Positions 8,900 to 19,005 are shown, counted from the stretch's first letter. The stretch is 32,693 nt of DNA from an uncultured Bacillota bacterium (GCA_949282835.1 CASDQU010000038.1:1-32693), one strand, 5' to 3'. Notes: generated by a model not told the origin, from the letters alone. Made by a program: numbers and translations.

Positions 8900-9394
8900 T
8901 TATATAAAGAGCACTATAACAACAAGTCCTGCCAGCACACCCAATTTTATAGATAGCGAGCCATATTTTTTATTTTCTGTGATAGCAGTTTGAGATAATT
9001 CTTCAAATCTTTTTAAAAAGTTTTTTATCTCTTTCGATTGGCTTTCTACATCACTACGGCCAAGCATACGGAAAAAATTAAATAAAATATCCTGTTCTTC
9101 TTCTTTAAGAAAATTGATAGACGCAAAAAGAGAGTTTTTATCAAGTGAGCTTTCTTTGTCAATAAAAGCTAGATAATTTTTATCAATGCCTCTTAAATTT
9201 TTCTTTGTATTTTCATCAAGGTTTAAAAATATGTTTTTTATACGCTCTCTAGAATAATTGATTTCAATTTCAAATTTTTGACATAGAGATATAATTGCCT
9301 TAAAAAAATTTGCGCGTATACTATATTTTTTAGAAAACAAATACCCTATAAATATACAGCCAATTAAAAGTGCAAAAAGTATAATATATTTCAT
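8900..9394 (-). CDS. spoIIIAB: stage III sporulation protein AB
   Basis: 164 aa with N- and C-terminal TM segments flanking a helical cytoplasmic domain. It lies between the spoIIIAA ATPase and spoIIIAC. AAGGAGG SD. Confidence 0.75.
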   Translation of the reverse strand: MKYIILFALLIGCIFIGYLFSKKYSIRANFFKAIISLCQKFEIEINYSRERIKNIFLNLDENTKKNLRGIDKNYLAFIDKESSLDKNSLFASINFLKEEEQDILFNFFRMLGRSDVESQSKEIKNFLKRFEELSQTAITENKKYGSLSIKLGVLAGLVVIVLFI

Positions 9395-9403
9395 TTCGCC
9401 TCC

Positions 9404-10309
9404 TTATACTCTTACTCTTGAAAAATTTTCATTGTATATTCCTTCAATAGTTCCTGGCCCATTTCTCATTGATAAAAGCAGATATCTTTGAAAAACTTTG
9501 TTTTTGATAATTGGCTCAAAAAGAGGTTTTTTAGTTAAACTTTCAATGCTATCACTATGCACAGACGCAAGAATTTTTACCCCACAATTTACAGCATATA
9601 AAACCGCGTCTATATCTTCTTTTTGCCCTAGTTCATCGGTCACAATAATATTTGGAGAAAGAGACCTAATCCCATTTTCAAAACCTATAGACTTTCGCGC
9701 GAAAGAAATTTTGTCAGTAAAATTACCAAGGCAACTTTTACTCCCAACATCTAATTCTCCTCTCTCATCTAGTACCAAAACATTAAATGCATAATTATGT
9801 TCTGAAAGTTGACTGATAAAATCTCGCAAAAAAGTCGTTTTCCCTGCCCCTGGCGGAGAAATAACAAGAGTATTGTAAATATCATTATCACTCAAAAGAT
9901 AATCAAAAGCTGGTAAACTACAATTTTTAATTTCATGAGGCAGTCTTATATTAACACTTGAAAAATTGCTCATAGTTTTGATTACACCATTTTCCTCAAT
10001 TAAATCTCCACCAAGCCCCAATCTAATACCACCAGGAGTGACAATAAACCCCTTTTTTATTTGTTCATTTACAGAATATATTGAACATTCACTTGCTCTA
10101 AAAATTATATCTTCTATCATAATTTTAGAGGCGAAAATTGCCTCTTTAATATTTGAGGTTGTACCACTATAACAAAGAAAAGTTCGTTTACTACCAATTT
10201 GTAATAAAATTGGCTTATCACAACGAAATCTAATCTCATTTATATAATTGAGATTAACTTTATTTTTTAAAATTGAATAGATGTCACTAGGCAAGATTTT
10301 TTCTAACAT
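9404..10309 (-). CDS. spoIIIAA: stage III sporulation protein AA (AAA/secretion-type ATPase)
   Basis: Walker A motif ISPPGAGKTTFLRD and Walker B-like VLVLDE / IIVTDE. First gene of the spoIIIA cluster. ATG 10309 has an AAGAGGTG SD; the track start at 10375 adds a hydrophobic extension with no SD. Confidence 0.85.
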   Translation of the reverse strand: MLEKILPSDIYSILKNKVNLNYINEIRFRCDKPILLQIGSKRTFLCYSGTTSNIKEAIFASKIMIEDIIFRASECSIYSVNEQIKKGFIVTPGGIRLGLGGDLIEENGVIKTMSNFSSVNIRLPHEIKNCSLPAFDYLLSDNDIYNTLVISPPGAGKTTFLRDFISQLSEHNYAFNVLVLDERGELDVGSKSCLGNFTDKISFARKSIGFENGIRSLSPNIIVTDELGQKEDIDAVLYAVNCGVKILASVHSDSIESLTKKPLFEPIIKNKVFQRYLLLSMRNGPGTIEGIYNENFSRVRV

Positions 10310-10543
10310 AAACACCTCTTTTGGTAACTTATGAGAACTATCTTTTATAAATACAAATACGACAATTAAAGCCAAAATTTGTCTAAAATAAAAAACGAAT
10401 AAAATCGATGATATCTATAAATTTACTTAAATAATTTTCTATTGCCATTTTTAATCTTAATTGGAGCAAAAACAAGATTATACTTTAAGTTTTAAAGATT
10501 TCCGCTTTTCAATTAGCCTTAACCAAACTGCCTTTGTGTGACA

Positions 10544-10569
10544 TAAAAAAAGCTGCCAATTTGGCAGCA
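10544..10569 (-). terminator. intrinsic terminator downstream of efp
   Basis: Minus strand reads GCTGCCAAATTGGCAGC followed by TTTTTTTAT, about 19 nt after the efp stop. Confidence 0.75.
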
Positions 10570-10587
10570 CTATTATTATATAACTAT

Positions 10588-11148
10588 TTATTTTACTCTT
10601 TCCATATAGCTTCCGTCACGAGTATCAATTCTTATTTTATCTCCCATATTAATAAACAAAGGAACATTAAGTACATAACCAGTTTCAACTTTGGCAGGTT
10701 TTGTTGAAGATTTAGCTGTATCTCCTTGTACACCAGGCTCACAGTCAATAACTTCAAGCTCAACAAAAGTTGGAGGATATATAGCAAAAGGGTTGCCTTT
10801 GTAGAAATACATAGTACACATCTCATTTTCTTTTACATAATTTAATGCGTCTTCTACACTATCTTTATTTAAAGGAATTTGGTCATATGTTTCATTGTCC
10901 ATAAAATAATAAATTGACCCATCATTGTAAAGGTAAGTCATTTCTTTCTTCTCAATCACAGCTATAGGAAATTTATCAGATGGATTGAAAGTAGTTTCTT
11001 TTACTTGTCCAGTCATAACATTTTTTAATTTAGCTCTTACAAATGGCGAGCCCTTTCCAGGTTTTACATGTAAAAAGTCAATTACCGAATATACAGCTCC
11101 ATCCATTTCAAAAGTTGTGCCTTTTCTAAAATCTCCAGCAAATACCAT
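10588..11148 (-). CDS. efp: elongation factor P
   Basis: 186 aa. The N-terminus ...[39 protein letters not shown] contains the conserved KPGKG loop. AAGGAG SD. Confidence 0.95.
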   Translation of the reverse strand: MVFAGDFRKGTTFEMDGAVYSVIDFLHVKPGKGSPFVRAKLKNVMTGQVKETTFNPSDKFPIAVIEKKEMTYLYNDGSIYYFMDNETYDQIPLNKDSVEDALNYVKENEMCTMYFYKGNPFAIYPPTFVELEVIDCEPGVQGDTAKSSTKPAKVETGYVLNVPLFINMGDKIRIDTRDGSYMERVK

Positions 11149-11191
11149 AAATTTCTCCTTAGATTAAATTTTCTTATATATTCTAACACAG

Positions 11192-12055
11192 TTATTTTAT
11201 TTTGTCTAGTAAATTGTGATATATTTTTTTCATTACAAGAGCATCATGCGGCATAAGCGACATGGATTCACAAATAACTCTAGGCGAAAGATTGTAATCA
11301 ATTAATACTTTTGCAAGCGGCTCAAAATCTGGGCCATAGAGTATATCATCAAAGTTCAAATGTCTTATTTCTCCCTTTGCTCCATACTGAATTTTAGAAA
11401 AATGTATATGACAATTATTTGTTTTATCATAACCTAATTTTTCAAGAGAATAATCTAAAATCTTTTTATAATCATCTTCAGTTTTTAAAGTTCCTTGTTG
11501 CAAAGCATTAATGTGACCAAAATCAAATGTTGGCACTAGGTGAGAATTTATAGTACATAAATCTATAATCTCATTATATGTGCCTATTTGCATAGATTTG
11601 CCCATCGTCTCAGGACAAAGATATAGTCCATCTAAAAGTCCTTCGCTTTCTAGTTTATCAAATGTTTCCTGAAAGCGTTTACGAGTAAGTTGCAAGGCTT
11701 CCTGTCGAGTTAGTTTTCCGCATGAAGCAGAATGAAAAACTAATTTATCACCACCAAATGCTCTCAAAAATTTTAGACCCGTATATATGTAGCCTTGAGT
11801 TTTTTGATACATCACCTCATCAGGATTTGCAAAATTAATATAAAAGGGTGCGTGAAGAGATAGTTTTATATCCTGTTCTCTAAATAAATCACCTGCTTTT
11901 TGAGCCGTTTGGCTACTCATTTGGTAACCATGACCAAAAGAATACTCATAAGCATCAAGCCCTCTTTCTTTTAACCACTTAGGGACTTGAAAAATATCTT
12001 TAAATCCTTCATTATAAAATTCTTCCCCACAACCCGAAGGTCCAAATAATACCAT
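11192..12055 (-). CDS. endonuclease IV-family (AP endonuclease 2 / xylose-isomerase-like) TIM-barrel protein
   Basis: The metal-ligand pattern resembles Nfo: HAPFYINFAN, VFHSAS, CPETMGK, FDFGH, HIHFS, RHLNF, ICES. ATG 12055 has an AAGGAGAA SD. Confidence 0.55.
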   Translation of the reverse strand: MVLFGPSGCGEEFYNEGFKDIFQVPKWLKERGLDAYEYSFGHGYQMSSQTAQKAGDLFREQDIKLSLHAPFYINFANPDEVMYQKTQGYIYTGLKFLRAFGGDKLVFHSASCGKLTRQEALQLTRKRFQETFDKLESEGLLDGLYLCPETMGKSMQIGTYNEIIDLCTINSHLVPTFDFGHINALQQGTLKTEDDYKKILDYSLEKLGYDKTNNCHIHFSKIQYGAKGEIRHLNFDDILYGPDFEPLAKVLIDYNLSPRVICESMSLMPHDALVMKKIYHNLLDKIK

Positions 12056-12116
12056 TCTTTTCTCCTTTTCCCTATGTAAGCTAACTTGAAAGCTCATCCA
12101 TTCAATAATAATTTTG

Positions 12117-12968
12117 TTAAATCAGTCTAATAGCAATTTTAGCTTTATGATTTTTGATTTCGATTATTCCTATAAAGTTTTCGTTATAATAACCTTTATA
12201 AAGACCGTCATTTAAATGTATTTTTATTATCTGCCCATTAAGCAGTTTCGCTCCTTCTTCTTTTAAAAAGATGCTTTGATAAGAAAATAATGAAGCTAGA
12301 CTTAAAATTGCATAATTCCCATTTTCTATATCATTTAGCGTAAAAGCATCTTTTAAAGAGAAATCCCCACATTTAGTGCGTATTATGTCAAGCATAACAC
12401 CATATGTATTTAATGCGGTAGCCATATCTCGACACAAACTTCGTATATATGTGCCACTTGAGCATTTTACTTTAAATTGAAAAATATTGTTTTCAACACA
12501 ATTCAATAATTTTATATCATAAATTTCTATTTCTTTAGGTTTTAAATCACTTTCTGTAATTTGTGAATTTCTTGCAAGCTGATAAGCTTTCTTCCCTGCT
12601 ATCTTTTTGGCTGAATATATAGGTGGAATTTGATTTATTTTGCCAATAAAATTAGGAATGATATTTAATATATCTTTAGAAGAAATTGATACATTATTTT
12701 TATTGATAATTTCACCCTCACTATCGAGAGTTGTTGTAGTTTCTCCAAATTTAAATGTTGTTATATATTCCTTATCTTTATTTAAAAATAGGTCAAAAAG
12801 TTTTGTTCCTTTACCTAAAGTGACTGGTAAAAGTCCTTCTCCTAAAACATCTAAAGTACCAAGATGCCCTGCTTTATTTGCATGCAAGAGGTATTTTACT
12901 TTGTTTACCACTTTATTAGAAGAAAGCCCTTTTTCTTTATTCACTAAAATTATTCCGTTGATTTCCAT
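12117..12968 (-). CDS. truB: tRNA pseudouridine(55) synthase
   Basis: NGIILVNKEKGLSSNKVV.KVK.......AGHLGTLDVLGEGLLPV.LGK.TK carries the TruB catalytic Asp motif (GTLD). Confidence 0.92.
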   Translation of the reverse strand: MEINGIILVNKEKGLSSNKVVNKVKYLLHANKAGHLGTLDVLGEGLLPVTLGKGTKLFDLFLNKDKEYITTFKFGETTTTLDSEGEIINKNNVSISSKDILNIIPNFIGKINQIPPIYSAKKIAGKKAYQLARNSQITESDLKPKEIEIYDIKLLNCVENNIFQFKVKCSSGTYIRSLCRDMATALNTYGVMLDIIRTKCGDFSLKDAFTLNDIENGNYAILSLASLFSYQSIFLKEEGAKLLNGQIIKIHLNDGLYKGYYNENFIGIIEIKNHKAKIAIRLI

Positions 12969-12969
12969 A

Positions 12970-13935
12970 TCATTCTCTATTTTTTTCTATTAAAGATAAA
13001 ATCTTTTTTACAAGTGTGCTAATATTCTTTTCTTTGACTTTTGCTCCTGAAGCGCATACATGCCCGCCTCCTCCCAAAGCTGTTGCAATAGTATTCACAT
13101 TGTACCCTTGTTTTGACCTAAAAGAAATATCGCAAAGTCCTGTTTCATCCTCTGTTATAGAAAAACTGTAGTTGATATTTTCAATAGAAATTAAATCAGT
13201 GCTAAAACCACTGCAATTATCTTTCTCTCCATTTAAAGCTTTTATTGTTTTATAATCTATTACACAATATGCAATATCTTTTTTGATTTTATAATTTTCA
13301 TATAGATATTTTTTAAATTCAATGCCAACTAGTGTTTTTGTTCTATAGAGTTTTTGATTGACAGTTTTCACATCTGCATTTAATTTTGAAAGTTCAAATC
13401 CGCATTTAAATGATGACAAATTGGTATTTCCATTGACAAAGGAATTGGTATCGCTTGACAAACCTGCATAAAGCAAAGTTGCTACAAATGGCTCTATTTT
13501 AACCTTCATTATTTTAAGTAATTCAAAAATAATCTCACTGCACGAGCTGTAAGAGGGCTCAATAAAGTTTAATTTCCCTCTTAAATCATAATTGTTATGA
13601 TGGTCTATAACTATTGTTTTGTTATTTGTATTTTCAAATATTTTAGAATATTCGCCAAGTCGACGCAATGCTGGTGTATCGGTAGAAATAAATAAATCAA
13701 AATCTTCTTCCCGGCAATCTTCACTGCAAATTATAGAAGGATCTAATAGTAATTCTTCTTGATGAGTAAGATGATATTTGGAAAATAATACTACATGCTT
13801 ATTTAATTTTTTTAAGGTATAATAAAGTGGCATGGAAGAGCCAAAGGCATCAAAATCAGGGTCAATATGCGTAAAAAGCGCAATACGATTTGCCTTTTTA
13901 ATTTCTTTTGCAATTTGTTTTAAAGAGTTATTCAT
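12970..13935 (-). CDS. nrnA: DHH/DHHA1-family phosphoesterase (NrnA-like oligoribonuclease / pAp phosphatase)
   Basis: Motifs H.DPD.DA.GS, DHHNN and C-terminal GGGGH..ASGA. It lies between rbfA and truB, as in many Firmicutes. Confidence 0.7.
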   Translation of the reverse strand: MNNSLKQIAKEIKKANRIALFTHIDPDFDAFGSSMPLYYTLKKLNKHVVLFSKYHLTHQEELLLDPSIICSEDCREEDFDLFISTDTPALRRLGEYSKIFENTNNKTIVIDHHNNYDLRGKLNFIEPSYSSCSEIIFELLKIMKVKIEPFVATLLYAGLSSDTNSFVNGNTNLSSFKCGFELSKLNADVKTVNQKLYRTKTLVGIEFKKYLYENYKIKKDIAYCVIDYKTIKALNGEKDNCSGFSTDLISIENINYSFSITEDETGLCDISFRSKQGYNVNTIATALGGGGHVCASGAKVKEKNISTLVKKILSLIEKNRE

Positions 13936-14299
13936 TACTATCCTTTCCTTCCGAATGTAAATTCAATGATTTTAAAATTTCATTTATTCTAATCGTTGCA
14001 CTTGTGCCTTTATCAATTTCAAATTTTAATTTAGGTATAGATGGCATTTTTACAAGTGTGGCAAGTTCATGCTTTATAAAACCTTCCGATTTTTGTAAAA
14101 CTTCAATCATTTCTTTTAATTTTTCTTGATTATCATTATCAAGCGCAATTTTTATTTTGCAATATTTAAAATCTGGTGTCAAATTTACTTCACTTACATA
14201 AATCATAGGATCAAGTCGTGGATCATTTAAACGGGTTTGAATAATTAAAGAAACACATCTTTGAACTTCTTTATTTGCCCTATCTAATCTTAATGACAT
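13928..14299 (-). CDS. rbfA: ribosome-binding factor A
   Basis: MSLRLDRANKEVQRCVSLIIQTRLNDPRL....VSEV.LT.D...CKI fits the RbfA KH-like signature. It lies downstream of infB. Confidence 0.88.
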   Translation of the reverse strand: MSLRLDRANKEVQRCVSLIIQTRLNDPRLDPMIYVSEVNLTPDFKYCKIKIALDNDNQEKLKEMIEVLQKSEGFIKHELATLVKMPSIPKLKFEIDKGTSATIRINEILKSLNLHSEGKDSNE

Positions 14300-14320
14300 A
14301 ACTACTCCTTTTAAAGAAAA

Positions 14321-16774
14321 TTATCTTTTTATAACCTCTTTTGAGTAAAATTCAATAACATCGCCTTCTTTAAAATCAATGTTATCTCTCAATTTAATTC
14401 CACATTCAAAGCCTTTAACAACTTCAGACTTTTCATCTTTTACAATTTTTAAAGACTCTACAGTAGTTTTTCCTATTTCCTCTTCGCCGCGTTTAACTAT
14501 AGCTATAGCATTTCTTGTTGCTTTTCCATCTTTGATATAACAACCAGCCACCTTACCTGCTGTAGATAATTTAAATACCATGCGAATTTCAGCAAAACCG
14601 ATATACACTTCTTGATATTTAACACTAAGCATGCCGTTAATTGCCGCGGTAATTTCATCAACAACTTCATAGATGATTTTGTATTCTTTAATTTGAACCT
14701 TTAAAGTATCAGCGAGAGATTTTGCCTTGGCTACAGGTCGTTGATTAAAGCAAATAATAATTGAACCTGTAGTTTGAGCTAAATCTACATCACTCTCTGT
14801 TACAGCACCTGCACCGCTATGAACTATATTTACTTTTGCTTCTTCATTTCTTATTGCTAAAAGTGCTGCTTTCAAAGCTTCTACAGAACCCATTGTGTCA
14901 GCTTTAATTATAATGTTCAAATTTTTCAAATTGCCTTCTTGAACTCTATTCATAAAATTGTCTAATGTAACACCTGAAGAATGAGTTGCTCTTTCCTTTT
15001 TAATTCTGTCAATTCTCTCTTGAATTACTTGTTTAGACATAGAATTGTCAACTTCATAAACATGGTCACCTGATGATGGCACATCATTTAGTCCAAGAAT
15101 GGCTACTGGCGTAGATGGTCCAGCTGCTTTTACAGGTTTACCTTTATCATTGAACATTGCACGCACTTTGCCATAAGTAAGTCCTGACATTATTGAGTCA
15201 CCAACATTTAAAGTGCCATTTTGAACAATAATAGACGCAACAGGCCCTCTATTTTTATCAAGTTCGGCTTCTATAACAACCCCGCTAGCCATTTTCTTAG
15301 GATTAGCTTTTAAATCAAGCATTTCACTAACAAGGAGTATTGTTTGTTTTAAATCGTCTAGTCCCATACCAGTCTTAGCAGAAATTGGTACACATATAGC
15401 ATCGCCGCCCCACTCTTCTGGCAAAATATTATTCTCAGCGAGCTGTTGTTTAATTCTTTCTGGATTAGCTTCTATTTTATCCATCTTGTTAATGGCAACA
15501 ATGATAGGCACGCCAGCCGCTTTGATGTGATTAATTGCCTCTATCGTTTGTGGCATCACACCATCATCAGCGGCAACGACAAGTATTGCGATATCAGTAG
15601 CTTGCGCTCCTCTAGCTCTCATTTGAGTGAATGCGGCATGACCAGGCGTGTCAATAAATGTAATTTTTTCACCATTAAATGAAATTTGATAAGCGCCTAT
15701 GCTTTGAGTTATACCACCAGCTTCTCCAGCCACAACATTTGTTTGCCTAAAGGCGTCAAGAAGAGAGGTTTTACCATGATCAACATGCCCCATAACAGCA
15801 ACGATTGGAGGTCTTTTAACAAGGTCTTTTTCATCATCTTGAGCTTCTGCTGTTTCAAGCAATTTTTCTTCATATGACTTGTCAATTTTTAATTCAAGTG
15901 TCACTCCAAAATCGCTAGCAATAAGTTCTGCTGTTTCGTAATCGATATTAGAATTTATAGACGCCATAATCCCTAGCAACATGAGTTTTTTAACTATTTC
16001 AGTGACAGGCTTTCCAATTTTTTCACTGAAATCTTTTACAGTAATTTCTTTTGCTGTTAATATTGCATGTGTAATTGAAGGTGCGACACTCTTAACAACT
16101 TCCTTTTTCTTTTTAATGCTCTTTCTTGAGCCGAAAGAAACTTCTTCAAATCCATTTTCATCTTCAATAAAAATATTATTTCTTCGTTGCTCATCTTTAC
16201 GACGCCCTTGTGATTTCTTTTCATCCAAGTTATTAGATTTCTTTTGATATTTATTCTTGTTGGCAATATTTCTTTCTGCTTTTAAATCTATCTCTGGCAA
16301 GTCATTAGAGGCAAAAGACCTAAAATTATTTGTTTTAGTCGAAACAAAATTATTCCCTCCGCTCTTTTTCTGCATATTGTTTTTATTGAAGGAATTAAAT
16401 GGTCTGTTGTCTTTTTTATTATCTCTATTAAATGGTTTATTTTTGTCAAAAGGAGGCTTGTTATTTCTATTTTGGAAATTATTTGTATTCTCAAATTTTT
16501 TAAACTGAGTTTTGCTCTCTTGAGGTGCAGAAACAGTTGGAGCAGGCTTATCTTCTTGCTTTAATGCAATATTTTCTTGCTTTTTTGCCTCACTTTCCTC
16601 TTGTTTTTTTGCTAACTCAGTTAAAATGAAATTTTTGCGATCTTTTAGTTGCTTGCTAAAAGCTTCCACTTGTATTTTGGAATTTCTTATCTCCTTCAAT
16701 ATCTGTGAAATTTCACCATCTTTTTGAAGATCATGTATCTTCTTTAAATTTGCTAATGTTTGATTTGCCAACAT
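14321..16774 (-). CDS. infB: translation initiation factor IF-2
   Basis: 817 aa. GTPase motifs GHVDHGKTSLLD, DTPGH and NKMD are present, with IF-2 domains downstream and a low-complexity K/N-rich N-terminal region. Confidence 0.95.
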   Translation of the reverse strand: MLANQTLANLKKIHDLQKDGEISQILKEIRNSKIQVEAFSKQLKDRKNFILTELAKKQEESEAKKQENIALKQEDKPAPTVSAPQESKTQFKKFENTNNFQNRNNKPPFDKNKPFNRDNKKDNRPFNSFNKNNMQKKSGGNNFVSTKTNNFRSFASNDLPEIDLKAERNIANKNKYQKKSNNLDEKKSQGRRKDEQRRNNIFIEDENGFEEVSFGSRKSIKKKKEVVKSVAPSITHAILTAKEITVKDFSEKIGKPVTEIVKKLMLLGIMASINSNIDYETAELIASDFGVTLELKIDKSYEEKLLETAEAQDDEKDLVKRPPIVAVMGHVDHGKTSLLDAFRQTNVVAGEAGGITQSIGAYQISFNGEKITFIDTPGHAAFTQMRARGAQATDIAILVVAADDGVMPQTIEAINHIKAAGVPIIVAINKMDKIEANPERIKQQLAENNILPEEWGGDAICVPISAKTGMGLDDLKQTILLVSEMLDLKANPKKMASGVVIEAELDKNRGPVASIIVQNGTLNVGDSIMSGLTYGKVRAMFNDKGKPVKAAGPSTPVAILGLNDVPSSGDHVYEVDNSMSKQVIQERIDRIKKERATHSSGVTLDNFMNRVQEGNLKNLNIIIKADTMGSVEALKAALLAIRNEEAKVNIVHSGAGAVTESDVDLAQTTGSIIICFNQRPVAKAKSLADTLKVQIKEYKIIYEVVDEITAAINGMLSVKYQEVYIGFAEIRMVFKLSTAGKVAGCYIKDGKATRNAIAIVKRGEEEIGKTTVESLKIVKDEKSEVVKGFECGIKLRDNIDFKEGDVIEFYSKEVIKR

Positions 16775-16783
16775 TTTCTCCTT

Positions 16784-17071
16784 TTATTCATTCAAAAGTT
16801 TTAACACAATATCACTTATTGCTTTATTTTTGATGCCAACTATTTTACAATTCTCCACATGAATAAATTGTTGTAAATTTTCAAGTGCTAAACATGTAAT
16901 ATTTAGACCTTTTAATTTTTGAATAATTTTCATTGTATTTTTTTGTGCGGTGCTATCATAAAGTACAAGATACAATTTTTTATTATAATTATATAATTTT
17001 TCGCCGCCAATTATTAAATATCCAGCTTTATGCGCGATATTCAAATATCCGCTAAGTTTATCTTTATCCAA
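16784..17071 (-). CDS. ylxQ: L7Ae-family RNA-binding protein YlxQ
   Basis: 95 aa, ...LNIAHKAGYLIIGGEKL.... It lies between ylxR and infB. TTG start at 17071. Confidence 0.75.
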   Translation of the reverse strand: MDKDKLSGYLNIAHKAGYLIIGGEKLYNYNKKLYLVLYDSTAQKNTMKIIQKLKGLNITCLALENLQQFIHVENCKIVGIKNKAISDIVLKLLNE

Positions 17072-17315
17072 GAATTTCCTCCTCGATTGATTTATAAACC
17101 TCTTCGCCTATATTTATTTTGAAAGCTTTGTTTAATAATTTTTGTTTTTTTAGTTTGCTAAGGCAATCTATATCTCTACAAATATAAGCGCCTCTACCAT
17201 TTTTTTTGCCCGTTTTATCGATGAATATATTATTTTCTTTGTCCTTTACAATGCGCAACATTTCACGCTTGTCTTTCATCTGCCGACAGGCAATGCACAT
17301 TCGCATAATTTCCAT
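17064..17315 (-). CDS. ylxR: YlxR/RnpM-family (DUF448) RNA-binding protein
   Basis: RMCIACRQMKDKREMLRIV....I.ID.TGK.NGRGAYIC is the DUF448 signature. ATG 17315 sits 1 nt after the nusA stop with a GAGGA SD; ATG 17306 is an alternative. The longer track ORF overlaps nusA. Confidence 0.85.
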   Translation of the reverse strand: MEIMRMCIACRQMKDKREMLRIVKDKENNIFIDKTGKKNGRGAYICRDIDCLSKLKKQKLLNKAFKINIGEEVYKSIEEEILG

Positions 17316-17316
17316 A

Positions 17317-18480
17317 CTATTCCTCGTCATCATCAATAGGAGTAATCTCTTCAAGATCTTCAAGATCGTTAAAACCTTGGAAAGCATCATCGTCATTTAA
17401 TTCGGTTAATTCATATTCAGGTTCTTTAATATTGCTATTTAAAACAGCGCTTTGTGGTTTTACTTCAATCTTCCAACCAGTAAGTCTAGCAGCCAGTCTT
17501 ACATTTTGACCATTTTTACCTATAGCAAGTGAGAGTTTATCATCTGGAACAACCACTCTTGAAGAATGTAAACTTTCATTTGTCTCTACGCTAAGAACAG
17601 TTGCAGGGCTAAGAGCTTTAGCAATATAATCAAGTGGATCATCACTATACTCTACTAAATCAATTTTTTCTCCATTAATTTCTGAAGTAATAGTATCTAT
17701 TCTCTGACCATGGAAACCTACACATGTGCCAATAGGATCTAAGTTTGCTTTTTCTGTATAGATGGCAACCTTTGTTCTATTTCCCGGGTCTCTTGCAATA
17801 TTTTTAATTTTGATATCTCCTGAGGCAACTTCTGGAATTTCAAGCTCAAAAAGCTTTCTTATAAACCCAACATTGCTTCTAGTAACTTGAATTTGAGTGC
17901 CTTTAAAAGAGTCTTTAATTTTCTTTACATAGACCTTTACTCTATCGCCAACATTGAATTTCTCTCCAGGAATTTGGTCAGATGGAAGCATTACGCCTTC
18001 AGTATGTGTGTTTGAAATTTGCAAATAAATAGTTCCATTATCAATTCTTTTTACGATAGTAGTCAAGATTTCATCTTCTTTTTCTGCAAGTTCATCAAGC
18101 GCCATTTGTCTTTCCATTTCTTTTAATTTCTGCATTACAACTTGCTTTGCAGTTTGAGCGGCTATTCTTCCAAAATCTTTAGTCGATTCTTCAGTCTGAA
18201 CGATATCTCCCACTTTAAAAGATTTTTTTATAAGTCTTGCATCTTTCAAAGAAATTTCTTTATCTGGGTCTTGCACTTCCTCAACAATAGTCTTGTAAGA
18301 ATAAATCTTAATAGTTGCTTTATCTGGGTTCAATTTTACCAAAGCACTTTTAGCCTCGCCATACATTTTTTTATAAGCAGAAGTGAGTGCCGACTCTAAT
18401 GTCGCTATAAAAGTTTCCTTGTTTATTTTCTTTTCTGCTTCCAAATCTTCTAATGCTTGAAAAAAATCTTTATTAATCAT
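17317..18480 (-). CDS. nusA: transcription termination/antitermination factor NusA
   Basis: 387 aa with an N-terminal domain, S1 and two KH domains (...GDIV.G.V......G......, ARDPG.R.K.AV, CVG..G.RI..I..EL.GEKID.V.YS.D), plus an acidic C-terminal tail. Confidence 0.95.
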   Translation of the reverse strand: MINKDFFQALEDLEAEKKINKETFIATLESALTSAYKKMYGEAKSALVKLNPDKATIKIYSYKTIVEEVQDPDKEISLKDARLIKKSFKVGDIVQTEESTKDFGRIAAQTAKQVVMQKLKEMERQMALDELAEKEDEILTTIVKRIDNGTIYLQISNTHTEGVMLPSDQIPGEKFNVGDRVKVYVKKIKDSFKGTQIQVTRSNVGFIRKLFELEIPEVASGDIKIKNIARDPGNRTKVAIYTEKANLDPIGTCVGFHGQRIDTITSEINGEKIDLVEYSDDPLDYIAKALSPATVLSVETNESLHSSRVVVPDDKLSLAIGKNGQNVRLAARLTGWKIEVKPQSAVLNSNIKEPEYELTELNDDDAFQGFNDLEDLEEITPIDDDEE

Positions 18481-18491
18481 GTTATCTCTCC

Positions 18492-18953
18492 TTAAAACTT
18501 AATAATTGGCACGATATGTGCAATTTTAGATTTTTCGATATTTTGAATGTTTTTGCTTGTTTGTAAAGTTATTGACTTGTCGTCATAGGATTTTAAAATG
18601 CCATCAAATTTTTTTTGACCATTTTCTTTGGCAAAAAGTGTAACAGAAATTTCTTTGTCAAGATGTCTTTTTAAATCTCTATCCGATTTGAGAGGTCTAT
18701 CAAGTCCCGGTGAACTCACACTTAAAATGTAAGGACTGTCCTCAGTAGGATTTAACTCTTCTAAAACAGGGTCTATAGTTTTTGAGACTTTTTCACAGTC
18801 ATCAATGTTAACACCATTTTCACAATCAATGTAGAAAGTTAAATTCATACCGTCTGATTTTTTCGCATATTCAACTTCAACTACTTCATAACCCATCTCT
18901 TCAATAATAGGCACAATTTTTTCTTCACAAATAGTTTTTACTTTTCCAGCCAA
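18492..18953 (-). CDS. rimP: ribosome maturation factor RimP
   Basis: 153 aa, ...GYE.V.VEY.K......L..YID...GV.IDDCEKVS..I...L.......Y.L.VSSPG.DRPLK. TTG start at 18953 lies 7 nt after GGGGGA. Confidence 0.85.
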   Translation of the reverse strand: MAGKVKTICEEKIVPIIEEMGYEVVEVEYAKKSDGMNLTFYIDCENGVNIDDCEKVSKTIDPVLEELNPTEDSPYILSVSSPGLDRPLKSDRDLKRHLDKEISVTLFAKENGQKKFDGILKSYDDKSITLQTSKNIQNIEKSKIAHIVPIIKF

Positions 18954-19005
18954 ATTTAAAATCCCCCTTTTATTTTTATTTCAAGCATTTTACAAAAAGG
19001 CTTCT

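Noticed and set aside
10310-10543. A sigma-E promoter for spoIIIA (candidate -10 CATAAGTT near 10330) and a 21-codon ORF (MAIENYLSKFIDIIDFIRFLF) in the spoIIIAA upstream region.
   Set aside because: The -35 match is poor (about 4 of 7) and the resulting leader would be very short. The mini-ORF has no SD and no recognisable features. Neither can be supported from sequence alone.
10632-16494. Minus-strand alternative-frame ORFs inside efp (10632..10826) and infB (16057..16266, 16288..16494).
   Set aside because: They are nested out of frame in highly conserved genes or in the infB low-complexity region, and they have no SD or recognisable protein features.
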